From NCBI GenBank assembly GCA_038321865.1, contig JBBQFH010000009.1, forward strand, positions 32,001 to 96,000: a DNA stretch of 64,000 bases, written 5' to 3'. The translations under genes were made by a program, and so were the position numbers. Source of the DNA: Gemmatimonadales bacterium. Lineage in GTDB: Bacteria > Gemmatimonadota > Gemmatimonadetes > Gemmatimonadales > GWC2-71-9. This document shows, in pieces, positions 37,384-46,782 of this stretch (the first letter of the stretch is position 1; each line of letters opens with the position of its first letter). The notes under the pieces are model-generated. The model was not told the DNA's origin. It made no database searches and saw only the letters and a list, made by a program, of their open reading frames with translations.

Positions 37384-38195
37384 CGGTGGCAGAACACGGT
37401 GATCCGGGCGTCGATCGTGTGGGTACCGGTGAGGCGGGTGCCGCAGGTGACGCAGGGTTCGCCTTCGCGCCCGTACACCAGCAGCGAAAACTGGAACTCC
37501 CCGCGCTCCCCGGTGCCGGTCCGGTAGTCGCGGACGGTGGTGCCCTTCGATCGTATGGCGGTGTCGAGGATACGGCGTACCTCCCCGTGGAGCCGGTGGT
37601 ACTCGCCCGGGCTGACGCTGTCCGCCGACCGCGAGGGGTCGATTCCGGCGGCAAAGAGCGCCTCGTTCGCATAGATGTTGCCCACTCCGACGACATACCG
37701 CTGATCCATCAGTACCTTCTTGATCGCTTGCCGCGACCGGCCCAGCGATGTGGCGAAGGCGTCGGCCGTGAAGCCCGGATCGAGCGGCTCGGGGCCGAGG
37801 GCGGTGTCGTACGCCCGCCAGGCCTTGTCATCGAGCAGCAGAATCGTGCCGAGCCGGCGAACGTCGCGGTACACCAGCTCGCGTCCGTCGTCGAGCGGCG
37901 CCCGGAGCACCGCGTACTTCGACTCGCCCGCCGTCAGGGGCCGGTCATGCACGATGAGCGAGCCGGTCATGCCGGGCTGGATCACCAGCCGGCCGGCGCT
38001 GGTTTCGATGACGGCATGTTTCGCGCGCCGGCTGACGGTGCGGATCGCCGCACCGGTCAGGCGCCGGAGCAGGGTGCGCGCGGTGATACCGCGGAGTACG
38101 TCGTCGTGAGACAGGGTGGGGCGTCCGATTCGGCGGCCGCTGAGCGCGGGCCGGATGTCGCGGACGATCGTTTCGACTTCGGGCAGCTCGGGCAT
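37371..38195 (-). CDS. mutM: Formamidopyrimidine-DNA glycosylase
   Basis: MPELPEVE, GMTG, GVGNIYANE, C-terminal zinc finger. Confidence 0.96.
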   Translation of the reverse strand: MPELPEVETIVRDIRPALSGRRIGRPTLSHDDVLRGITARTLLRRLTGAAIRTVSRRAKHAVIETSAGRLVIQPGMTGSLIVHDRPLTAGESKYAVLRAPLDDGRELVYRDVRRLGTILLLDDKAWRAYDTALGPEPLDPGFTADAFATSLGRSRQAIKKVLMDQRYVVGVGNIYANEALFAAGIDPSRSADSVSPGEYHRLHGEVRRILDTAIRSKGTTVRDYRTGTGERGEFQFSLLVYGREGEPCVTCGTRLTGTHTIDARITVFCHRCQS

Positions 38196-38252
38196 GTCGT
38201 ACCCGAATCCTAACCGAAAGGGTGGACCGGGTCGATAGGAGCGCGGCTCAGG

Positions 38253-39524
38253 TCATCGGCCGGCTTCGCGCCACCCGATGTCACGCCGGAAGGTTTTCCC
38301 GTCGAAACCGATCACCTCCGCGGTCGCGGTACTCCGGGCCCGCGCCCCGGCGAAATCCGGCGCCACCGCAGTGACGTTGAGGACCCGGCCGCCGCTCACC
38401 CGGAGCGTGCCGTCGGCATCGAGCGTCGTCCCCGCGTGGAATACCATGACATCCTCGGGCAGCGTCTCGGGCAGCATGATCGCGGCTCCGCGTTCCGGCG
38501 CGTCCGGATACCCGCGTGCGGCCAGGACCGTCGTGACGGCAAATCGTCCGGCGGGCGCCGTCAGTGGTGACGGGCGCTCACCGTTGGCGACGCGCTCGAG
38601 CGCGTCGGTGAGACCGGCCGACACTAGCGGCAGCACGACCTGTGTCTCGGGATCCCCCAGGCGGCAGTTGAACTCGATCACGCTCAGCTCGCCCGCGGCG
38701 TTCACCATCAGGCCGGCGTACAACACGCCGGTGAACCGGGCGTCGCGCCGGCGCATCTCCTCGAGCGTCGGACCCAGGATCGTCTCTTCTACCCGCTGGA
38801 GCAGGGCGGGAGTCGCCAGCGAGACCGGACCGTACGCGCCCATGCCGCCGGTATTCGGGCCGGTATCCCCTGCGCCGAGCCGCTTGTGATCCTGCGAGGC
38901 CGGCAGCAGCTCGACGTCCTGCCCGTCCGTGATCGCCAGCACCGACAGCTCCTCACCCGGGAGGAAAGCCTCGATCACCACTTCGCTGCCGGCCGTACCG
39001 AACTGCCCCTCCGTCAACATCGCGCGGACGACGCGCGCTGCGTCGCGCCTATTCTCGCAGACGACGGCGCCCTTGCCGGCCGCGAGGCCCGACGCCTTCA
39101 CGACGAGGGGCTCATCCTGGCGGTCCACGAAGGCCAGCGCCGCCGCCAGCTCCGTGAACGCGCCGCTCGCCGCCGTCGGTACCCCCGCCGCCCGCATCAC
39201 ATCCTTCGAGAACGCCTTGGACGATTCGATCCGCGCGGCGGCCGCCGACGGGCCGAACACCGCGCGCCCTTCGGCGCGAAGCCGGTCCGCGAGGCCGAGG
39301 GCGAGCGGAACTTCGGGGCCGATCACCGTCAGCGAGATGCCCAGCATGTCCGCCACGTCGGCCAGGCGGTCGAGATCGTCGGCGGCAATCGGCAGATTGG
39401 TGGCCAGGGCGGCAGTCCCGGGATTGCCGGGCGCGCAGTAGAGGTCGGCGTCCGGATTGTCGCGGCGGAGGGCCCAGCAGAGCGCATGCTCCCGCCCGCC
39501 TCCGCCGACGACGAGAATTCTCAC
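38253..39524 (-). CDS. purD: Phosphoribosylamine-glycine ligase
   Basis: GGGGREHA, GPEVPL, GLAAGKG, QDHKR, GPNTGGMG, EFNCRLGDPE. Confidence 0.97.
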   Translation of the reverse strand: MRILVVGGGGREHALCWALRRDNPDADLYCAPGNPGTAALATNLPIAADDLDRLADVADMLGISLTVIGPEVPLALGLADRLRAEGRAVFGPSAAAARIESSKAFSKDVMRAAGVPTAASGAFTELAAALAFVDRQDEPLVVKASGLAAGKGAVVCENRRDAARVVRAMLTEGQFGTAGSEVVIEAFLPGEELSVLAITDGQDVELLPASQDHKRLGAGDTGPNTGGMGAYGPVSLATPALLQRVEETILGPTLEEMRRRDARFTGVLYAGLMVNAAGELSVIEFNCRLGDPETQVVLPLVSAGLTDALERVANGERPSPLTAPAGRFAVTTVLAARGYPDAPERGAAIMLPETLPEDVMVFHAGTTLDADGTLRVSGGRVLNVTAVAPDFAGARARSTATAEVIGFDGKTFRRDIGWREAGR

Positions 39525-40537
39525 TTCTTCGTGGCGCTCCGGAAGGCGTCGGCCGCGGCGCCGGCGGCACGACGCGCGGCACCCGCCACGTCGCGCGCGA
39601 GGTCACGCGCCTCGTCCTTGTAATACGATCCGGCCGCCGACATATCGTCGCGAAGCGGGCGTGCCCGGGCCTCGTCCCCGCGGCGCGTGTATTCACCGCG
39701 CATGATGCGATCGTATTCGCCGCTGGTGACCCACCGCTGGAGCTCGGCGGCGCGCACCGTGTGCATCGGGTGGGTCAGCGCCAGCGTGTTGAGAATCTTG
39801 TACACGACGTCCAGGCCCTCCTTGCTCTCGGCGTACTCGTGGGCCTGGGCCATGAAGGCGTCAACGTTCATGCTGCCGTCGAACATGCTGCCGCGCCCGC
39901 CGCCCGCCATCTTCATGTCGAGCCGCTGCGCCACGACGATGTCCTGATGCCCCAGGAGTCCGGCGCGATCGGACGATAGCTCGCTCTTCCGCGACCACTC
40001 GAGAAAGGCCAGCCGGACCGGCAGGAGCACGATGCCCGCGAGCAGCGGCAGGGCGCCAAGGCTGATGAGCGCCAGCACCGCGGCGATCGTGGTGTAGAGG
40101 GAGTGGCCGCTCATGACGTGGCCCAGCTCGTGGGCCAGCAGCACGCGCAGCTCGTCGTCGTCGAGCAGCTCCAGCGCGGCCGAGTGCAGGACGACGAACG
40201 GATCGTCTACTCCGTAGGCCCCGGCGTTGAAGATCGGCGTCTGGGTGATGTAGAGCTCGGGGATGCGCTCCCAGTCGAAGGTGGTGCAGACCTCGACGTG
40301 CAACGTCCAGATCTTGGGAAACTGGGTGGGTCCCACCCGAACGGCGTTGCCCTGAAAGAGCAGGCGGATGCCGCGTTCACCGCCGAGCACCGCGATCACC
40401 TTCCGGACGACCTCGTCAAATCCCGGCACCGAGCGGAGCGCCTGGAGGGCCGCCCGGTCGGCGGGGTGCTCCCAGCTTACCGCCGCGATATCGGGGAATG
40501 TGCGGCGCGGGCGCGTCGCGGGAATCGAGTTGCTCAT
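39521..40537 (-). CDS. M48 family Zn-dependent peptidase
   Basis: WEHPAD, HELGH, ELSSDRAG, THP...R. Confidence 0.9.
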   Translation of the reverse strand: MSNSIPATRPRRTFPDIAAVSWEHPADRAALQALRSVPGFDEVVRKVIAVLGGERGIRLLFQGNAVRVGPTQFPKIWTLHVEVCTTFDWERIPELYITQTPIFNAGAYGVDDPFVVLHSAALELLDDDELRVLLAHELGHVMSGHSLYTTIAAVLALISLGALPLLAGIVLLPVRLAFLEWSRKSELSSDRAGLLGHQDIVVAQRLDMKMAGGGRGSMFDGSMNVDAFMAQAHEYAESKEGLDVVYKILNTLALTHPMHTVRAAELQRWVTSGEYDRIMRGEYTRRGDEARARPLRDDMSAAGSYYKDEARDLARDVAGAARRAAGAAADAFRSATKK

Positions 40538-40568
40538 GGCGGACTCAGTGGTTGAGGACGGACCACCC

Positions 40569-40594
40569 TACGCGCCGGGCGGACCGATGTTTCA
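40569..40594 (-). promoter_or_regulatory. SigW-type ECF promoter TGAAAC-N16-CGTA
   Basis: Exact motif 31 nt upstream of the M48 peptidase start. Confidence 0.72.
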
Positions 40595-40606
40595 GGATGG
40601 CACGAG

Positions 40607-41779
40607 CTATCCGGCGGCGTGGAAGGCCTGCTCGAGATCGGCGATCAGGTCGACCGGGTCCTCGATCCCGCAGCTGAGCCGGACGAGACTGTCGGTCAAT
40701 CCCATCGCCTGGCGCATGGCCGGCGGAATCGAGGCATGGGTCATGGACGCCGGATGACCGATCAGACTCTCGACGCCGCCGAGCGACTCGGCCAGGGCGA
40801 ACACCCGGGTGCCTTCCGCCACCTTCCGGGCCCGTGTCACGTCCCCCAGCTCGATCGAGATCATCCCGCCGAAGCCACGCATCTGCCGGGCGGCGAGTTC
40901 GTGTTGCGGGTGGGACGCCAGGCCCGGGTAATACACCCGCTCGACCACCTTCTGCTCGGTCAGCCACTTGGCGACGAGACGGCCGTTCGCATCGTGCTGC
41001 CGCATGCGCAGCGGCAGGGTCTTGGTTCCGCGGAGGGCCAGCCAGCAGTCCATGGGGCCCGGTACCGCCCCGGCGGCGTTCTGAATGAATCCCAGCCGCT
41101 CAGCCAGGTCGTCGCGGCTGGTCACCAGCATGCCGCCCACCATGTCACTGTGGCCGTTCAGGTACTTCGTGGTCGAATGCAGGACCAGGTCGGCCCCGAA
41201 CCCGAGCGGCTGCTGGAAGCACGGTGTCGCGAACGTGTTATCCACCACGTACAGGTAGCCGTGGGCCTGGGTCAGGTCGCCGACCGCCGTCAGGTCCACC
41301 AGATTCATCATCGGGTTGGTGGGCGTCTCGCAGAAGATCATGCGGGTTGCCGGAGTGATCGCCCGCTCGACGTTCCCCACGTCACGCATGTCCACGAAGC
41401 TGAACGTGACTCCGTACTGGCTGTAGATCCGCTCCATCAGCCGGTGCGAACCGCCGTAGATGTTCTCGCCCGAAATCACGTGATCGCCGGTGCGCAGCAG
41501 CTTGAGCGTGGCATCCAGGGCGGCAAGTCCCGACCCGAACGCGAAGCCGTACGCCGCGCCCTCCAGGCTTGCCACGTTCCGCTCCAGCGCCTCCCGCGTC
41601 GGGTTCTGCGTCCGGGCGTACTCATATCCCTTGTGCCGCCCCAGCCCTTCCTGCACGTAGGTGGAAGTCTGGTAGATCGGGGTCATGACCGCACCGGATA
41701 CCGGATCCGGCCGCTGGCCTGCGTGCACGGCGCGGGTGGCGAATCCGTAGGTGTCGTCGTCCGGGAGAATCTTCGTCAT
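40607..41779 (-). CDS. Cystathionine gamma-synthase/gamma-lyase family PLP enzyme
   Basis: YARTQNPT, ETPTNP, VDNTF, HSTTKYLNGHSD, AESLGGVES. Confidence 0.93.
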   Translation of the reverse strand: MTKILPDDDTYGFATRAVHAGQRPDPVSGAVMTPIYQTSTYVQEGLGRHKGYEYARTQNPTREALERNVASLEGAAYGFAFGSGLAALDATLKLLRTGDHVISGENIYGGSHRLMERIYSQYGVTFSFVDMRDVGNVERAITPATRMIFCETPTNPMMNLVDLTAVGDLTQAHGYLYVVDNTFATPCFQQPLGFGADLVLHSTTKYLNGHSDMVGGMLVTSRDDLAERLGFIQNAAGAVPGPMDCWLALRGTKTLPLRMRQHDANGRLVAKWLTEQKVVERVYYPGLASHPQHELAARQMRGFGGMISIELGDVTRARKVAEGTRVFALAESLGGVESLIGHPASMTHASIPPAMRQAMGLTDSLVRLSCGIEDPVDLIADLEQAFHAAG

Positions 41780-41876
41780 GTGCCCGAGTGGTAAGAGGTT
41801 GCAGAAGCGTAAGGTCGGCCGTGGGCCGCGGCAAGCGGCGGTTGATCATTGTGACCTCGCCGGGTAGCTTCGCAGG

Positions 41877-42926
41877 GTGACTTCTGCAGCTACGCTTCCG
41901 GTGGCGACCGCGCGGTGCCTGGTAGTGGATGACGACTCCAAGGTGCGGTCTGCCCTCGCGCGCGCCATCGAGGTTCACGGCCTGGCCTGCAGCCAGGCGG
42001 CCGGGGGGGCCGAGGCGCTCGAGTTGCTCCGGACCGAAGGCGAGTTTCCGATTTGTATTTCCGACATCCAGATGCCGGGGATGGATGGCGTCGATTTTCT
42101 GCGCGAGGCCGTGGCCCGGTATCCCGACATGGCCGTCATCATGCTCACCGGCGTCGCCGAGGTGACCACCGCCATCGAGTGTCTCCGAATCGGAGCCTTC
42201 GATTACATCTCGAAGCCCGCGCTCATCGGTGAGGTCCACGCACGCATCAGCAAGGCGCTGGAGAAGCGTGACCTGGTGTTGCAGAACCGGCTCTATCAGC
42301 AGACACTGGAAAGCCGGGTGAAGGAGCTCGACCGCCGCAACAAGCAGTCGCTCATCAACGGCGTCGAAATGCTGGTGTTCGCCCTGGAAGCGAAGGACGC
42401 ATACACCAGCGGTCACTCGCTCCGGGTCAAGGAGTTCGCGGTACGGACCGCCGTGCAGCTGGGCTACACCGGCGAGCGGCTTGCCCAGATCGACCTCGGC
42501 AGCAAGCTGCACGATATCGGCAAGATCGGCACCCGCGAGGCGGTTCTCAACAAGCCGGACACGCTCGATCACGACGAGTTCGAGCACATCAAGCTTCACA
42601 CGGTGCTGGGTGAGCGGATCCTGCTGCCTTTCCTGAGCGAATCTCCCACCGTCCTCCACATCGTCCGCTCCCACCACGAGCGAATCGATGGAAGCGGCTT
42701 TCCCGATGGTCTGGCGGGTGACGCCATCCCCATGGAGGCGCGGATTGTGGCGGTCGCCGACGCCTACGATGCGATGACGACCAACCGGGCGTACCGCCCG
42801 TCGCGCGCCGCCTCCGCCGCGATGGAAGAGCTCTACGCCTGCGCCGGCACGCACTTCGACGCTGACGTGGTACAGGCGTTCGCGCGTGCCCATGCCGATC
42901 ACGGCGTCCTGCCCGTGACCGTCTGA
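41877..42926 (+). CDS. Response regulator with HD-GYP (c-di-GMP phosphodiesterase-type) domain
   Basis: REC (VDDD, SDIQMP, KP); KDAYTSGHS, HDIGKIG, HHERIDGSGFP. Confidence 0.92.
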   Translation: MTSAATLPVATARCLVVDDDSKVRSALARAIEVHGLACSQAAGGAEALELLRTEGEFPICISDIQMPGMDGVDFLREAVARYPDMAVIMLTGVAEVTTAIECLRIGAFDYISKPALIGEVHARISKALEKRDLVLQNRLYQQTLESRVKELDRRNKQSLINGVEMLVFALEAKDAYTSGHSLRVKEFAVRTAVQLGYTGERLAQIDLGSKLHDIGKIGTREAVLNKPDTLDHDEFEHIKLHTVLGERILLPFLSESPTVLHIVRSHHERIDGSGFPDGLAGDAIPMEARIVAVADAYDAMTTNRAYRPSRAASAAMEELYACAGTHFDADVVQAFARAHADHGVLPVTV

Positions 42927-42951
42927 GCCCTCCTGCCTTCCGACTGGAATC

Positions 42952-44316
42952 ATGTCCGACACGTTGATGATCAGTGTATCCGGGATGCGGGGCCACGTCG
43001 GCAGCGACCTCACTCCCGAACTCGTGGCGCGTCACGCGGCGGCCCTCGGCGCGTGGGCGCGGGCCAACGGGAGGCCTCTGGTCGTGCTTGGCCGTGACGC
43101 GCGCACCAGCGGCCCCATGTTCGCCCACGCCGCCACCGCAGGCTTGATGTCGGTCGGTGCGGACGTGATCGAGCTCGGCGTCGTGCCGACGCCCACCGTG
43201 CAGCTGGCCGTGGAGCATCACCACGCGGGCGCGGGACTCATTCTGACGGCGAGCCACAACCCGATCGAGTGGAATGCGCTGAAATTCGTCGGCCCGGACG
43301 GCATCTTTCTCGATGCTAAGGCGGGCGCGGCGGTCCGCCGAATGGCGGAGGACGGTCCGCCGCGCGCGGGATGGGATGGCATCGGGCAGGTTCGGGAGGA
43401 TCCGGATGCGATCGCGCGTCACCTCGATCTGGTGCTGGCGCTGCCGGTGATCGATGTCGAGGCGATCCGTCGGCGGGCCTTTCATGTCGCGCTCGACTGC
43501 GTGCGCGGGGCCGGCGGTGGTACCATTCCCCAGCTGCTCGAGCGGCTTGGCTGCCGCATGACCGGCATCAATCTGGAAACCGACGGCCGCTTTCCTCGCG
43601 CGCCCGAGCCGATCCCGGAGAATCTCCACGCGCTGGGGCGGCTGGTGCGCGAGTCCGGGGCAGATATCGGACTGGCGGTGGATCCGGACGTGGACCGACT
43701 GGCAGTCGTCGACGAGACGGGTAGGGCAATCGGCGAAGACTACACCCTCGCGTTCGCGGTCCGGGCGGTGTTGGACGGGCGCACCGGGCCGGGCGGCGCA
43801 CCCGCAGTCGTGGTGAACCTCTCGACCAGCCTGGTCGTCGAGGACGCGGCGCGGGATGGAGGGGCCCGGTTCATTCGAGCCGCGGTCGGCGAGGCCAACG
43901 TGGCCCGCGCCATACGGGACGAGGGTGCGATCATCGGCGGCGAAGGCAACGGCGGCGTGATGTACCCGGCACTTCACATTGGCCGCGATGCCCCGCTGGG
44001 GGTGGCCCTGATATTGCACCAGCTCGCGCGTTCGGGCCGGACGGTATCGGAACTTGTGACCGCCGCGCCGCGCTACGTTATCGTCAAGGCGAAGGCGCCC
44101 CGCGGTCCGGCGCTGGATCCGCTGTATGACGGGCTCCGGGCTCGGTTTCCCGAGGCCGCCGCGGACGACCGGGACGGGCTCCGGCTGGCGTGGAACGACC
44201 GATGGCTGCACGTGCGGCCGTCCGGCACCGAACCGATCGTTCGTTTCATCGCGGAGGCGCCCACGGCGCCGGACGCGGACGCACTGATCCAGGCAGGGCG
44301 TGAACTTCTGAGCTGA
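42952..44316 (+). CDS. glmM: Phosphoglucosamine mutase
   Basis: TASHNP, DPDVDR, GEGNGG, RPSGTEP; adjacent to glmS. Confidence 0.85.
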   Translation: MSDTLMISVSGMRGHVGSDLTPELVARHAAALGAWARANGRPLVVLGRDARTSGPMFAHAATAGLMSVGADVIELGVVPTPTVQLAVEHHHAGAGLILTASHNPIEWNALKFVGPDGIFLDAKAGAAVRRMAEDGPPRAGWDGIGQVREDPDAIARHLDLVLALPVIDVEAIRRRAFHVALDCVRGAGGGTIPQLLERLGCRMTGINLETDGRFPRAPEPIPENLHALGRLVRESGADIGLAVDPDVDRLAVVDETGRAIGEDYTLAFAVRAVLDGRTGPGGAPAVVVNLSTSLVVEDAARDGGARFIRAAVGEANVARAIRDEGAIIGGEGNGGVMYPALHIGRDAPLGVALILHQLARSGRTVSELVTAAPRYVIVKAKAPRGPALDPLYDGLRARFPEAAADDRDGLRLAWNDRWLHVRPSGTEPIVRFIAEAPTAPDADALIQAGRELLS

Positions 44317-44330
44317 GGGCACCGCGATCG

Positions 44331-46157
44331 ATGTGTGGCATCGTCGGATACATTGGGCCGCGTCAGGCGGCGGGTCTGCTGATCGAGGGGCTTCGACGCC
44401 TCGAGTATCGCGGATACGACTCATCGGGCATCGCGGTAGTGAACGGCAAGGGCCTCAAGATCATGAAGGCGGCCGGCAAGCTCTCGGCCCTGGAGCAGCA
44501 GCTCGACGGAAAGATGCCGTCCGGCACCCTCGGCATCGGCCACACGCGCTGGGCCACGCACGGCGCGCCCACCACGCCCAACGCCCACCCGCACACCGAC
44601 CAGTCCGGACGCATCGCCGTCATCCACAATGGCATCATCGAGAACGCAGGTTCCATCCGGAAGGCGCTGGGGCAGCGCGGGCATACCTTCAAATCCGAAA
44701 CCGACACCGAGGTGCTCGCGCACCTGATCGGTGAGCTGTATCAGGGCAACCTCGAGGAGGCGGTCGCGGCCGCCCTCCGGGACGTCGACGGGGCCTACGG
44801 ACTGGCCATCATCTGCCAGGACGAGCCGGGCGTTCTGGTGGCGGCGCGCAAGGGCTCCCCGCTGCTCGTCGGGGTCGGTGAGAACGAGTGGTTCGTGGCG
44901 TCTGACGCCTCGCCGCTGCTGCAGTACACGCGCTCGGTGGTGTATCTGGACGACGGCGAGATGGCCGTGCTTTCGCGCGACGGGTACCGGATCCGCAACC
45001 TCGAGACGAACCGGATCGACAAGCCGGTCAACCAGATCGAGTGGGATCTGACCACGATCGAGCGCGGCGGATACGCTCACTTCATGCTCAAGGAGATCTG
45101 CGAACAGCCCGAAAGCGTGCGCAATACGCTCCGCGGCCACCTGCTCGAGGAGGAGGGCACGGCGCGTGTCACCGGCCTTAACCTCTCCGATGACGATCTC
45201 AAGAAGATCGAGCGCATCGTCATCACCGCGTGCGGCACGTCGTGGCACTCAGGGCTTATCGGCGAGTACATGCTGGAGGAGATGGCGCGGATTCCGGTCG
45301 AGGTCGAGTACGCCTCGGAGTTTCGCTATCGCAACCCGGTGATCGATGACCGGACCCTCGTCATCGCCATCTCGCAGTCCGGCGAGACCGCTGACACGCT
45401 TGCCGCGATCCGCGAGGCCAAGCTGCGCGGTGCCCGGACGATCGGCCTGGTGAACGTGGTGGGTTCCACTATCGCGCGCGAGGTGGATGGTGGCATCTAC
45501 CTGCATGCAGGTCCCGAGGTCGGCGTGGCCTCGACGAAGGCGTTCACCAGCCAGGTCGCGGCGCTGGCGCTCGTCACCCTCCGCATCGCGCGGCTTCGGA
45601 ATCTGAGCATCCTGCAGGGCCGCCAGTTCATCCAGGCCCTTCAGGCGCTGCCGGAACAGATCCAGAGCATTCTGGATCGTTCCGCAGACATGGAGAAGAT
45701 CGCCGAACGCTTCACCGATTCGACGAATGCGCTGTACCTGGGCCGCGGCGTGAACTTCCCCGTGGCGCTCGAAGGTGCGCTCAAGATGAAGGAGATTTCC
45801 TACATCCACGCCGAGGGGTACCCTGCCGCCGAGATGAAACACGGCCCGATCGCCCTCATCGATGAGAACATGCCGGTCGTGTTCATCGCCCCACGCGATG
45901 CGGTGCATTCGAAGATCGTGTCGAACATCGAAGAGGTGAAGGCACGTGGCGGGAAGGTGATCGCGCTGATGACGGAGGGAGACGGCGAAATCGGGCGCCT
46001 GGCGGATGCCAACTTCACGATTCCGCAGACGCTGGACCTGCTCACGCCGATCCTCACCATCATTCCGCTGCAGTTGTTCTCGTACTACGTGGCGGTCCGC
46101 CGCGGCTGCAACGTCGACCAGCCGCGGAACCTCGCCAAGTCGGTGACCGTCGAGTAG
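44331..46157 (+). CDS. glmS: Glutamine-fructose-6-phosphate transaminase
   Basis: MCGIVG, HTRWATHG, SQSGET, PRNLAKSVTVE. Confidence 0.98.
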   Translation: MCGIVGYIGPRQAAGLLIEGLRRLEYRGYDSSGIAVVNGKGLKIMKAAGKLSALEQQLDGKMPSGTLGIGHTRWATHGAPTTPNAHPHTDQSGRIAVIHNGIIENAGSIRKALGQRGHTFKSETDTEVLAHLIGELYQGNLEEAVAAALRDVDGAYGLAIICQDEPGVLVAARKGSPLLVGVGENEWFVASDASPLLQYTRSVVYLDDGEMAVLSRDGYRIRNLETNRIDKPVNQIEWDLTTIERGGYAHFMLKEICEQPESVRNTLRGHLLEEEGTARVTGLNLSDDDLKKIERIVITACGTSWHSGLIGEYMLEEMARIPVEVEYASEFRYRNPVIDDRTLVIAISQSGETADTLAAIREAKLRGARTIGLVNVVGSTIAREVDGGIYLHAGPEVGVASTKAFTSQVAALALVTLRIARLRNLSILQGRQFIQALQALPEQIQSILDRSADMEKIAERFTDSTNALYLGRGVNFPVALEGALKMKEISYIHAEGYPAAEMKHGPIALIDENMPVVFIAPRDAVHSKIVSNIEEVKARGGKVIALMTEGDGEIGRLADANFTIPQTLDLLTPILTIIPLQLFSYYVAVRRGCNVDQPRNLAKSVTVE

Positions 46158-46170
46158 TGCGAGTCTTCAG

Positions 46171-46743
46171 GTGACGATTCCGACTCCGCCGCCGCTTCGC
46201 GCCGTGACCTGCGCCTGCCTCACGTCGGCGGGGTGGCTGCGAGGAAGCTTCCATCTGCCGCTGCAGCAGAGCTTCGGCGACTATCTCCAGAACAGCGGCG
46301 CCTTTCTGCCGATGACGGGGGTAATGCTGCCGGGAGAGACGACCGAGCGGCCGTTCTTCGCCGTGCACCGCGATGACATCCGGCTCGCCGCCCCCGATCC
46401 CGCCGAGGCGAACATCGAGACGCTACCGGGCGGTACCTTCACCTCGCCGTGGAGCGTCTCCTGCCTGCTGTCCGAGGGCATGCTCGAGGGCCAGATCGAC
46501 TTCCTCACCAACCAGCGGCTGTCCGACTTCCTGCGCGCCTCGCGCGGCTACATCGTCGTGCGTGAGGCGCGCTGGGAGTCGATCGGCACCGTTGGGGTGG
46601 ACGCCGGCCTGCCCGGGGACGGGTGGGCCGTCGTGCTCGTGAGCATTCCGCGGCTCGTCGGCATCGCCGAGGCAACGACCCAGCGCGGCCACGGCCATCC
46701 CGGGCGCTACAACACCAGGGCCGAGGACTACGAGGTCGGCTAG
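46171..46743 (+). CDS. Hypothetical protein with internal two-fold repeat
   Basis: LRGSFHL...SFGDYL...FLPM versus LEGQIDF...RLSDFL...YIVV. Confidence 0.6.
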   Translation: MTIPTPPPLRAVTCACLTSAGWLRGSFHLPLQQSFGDYLQNSGAFLPMTGVMLPGETTERPFFAVHRDDIRLAAPDPAEANIETLPGGTFTSPWSVSCLLSEGMLEGQIDFLTNQRLSDFLRASRGYIVVREARWESIGTVGVDAGLPGDGWAVVLVSIPRLVGIAEATTQRGHGHPGRYNTRAEDYEVG

Positions 46744-46782
46744 ATCACCGCGCGGGGGGCCCGGACGACGGTAGACTGTGCC

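Noticed and set aside
44317..44330. glmS ribozyme
   Set aside because: Only 14 nt separate glmM and glmS
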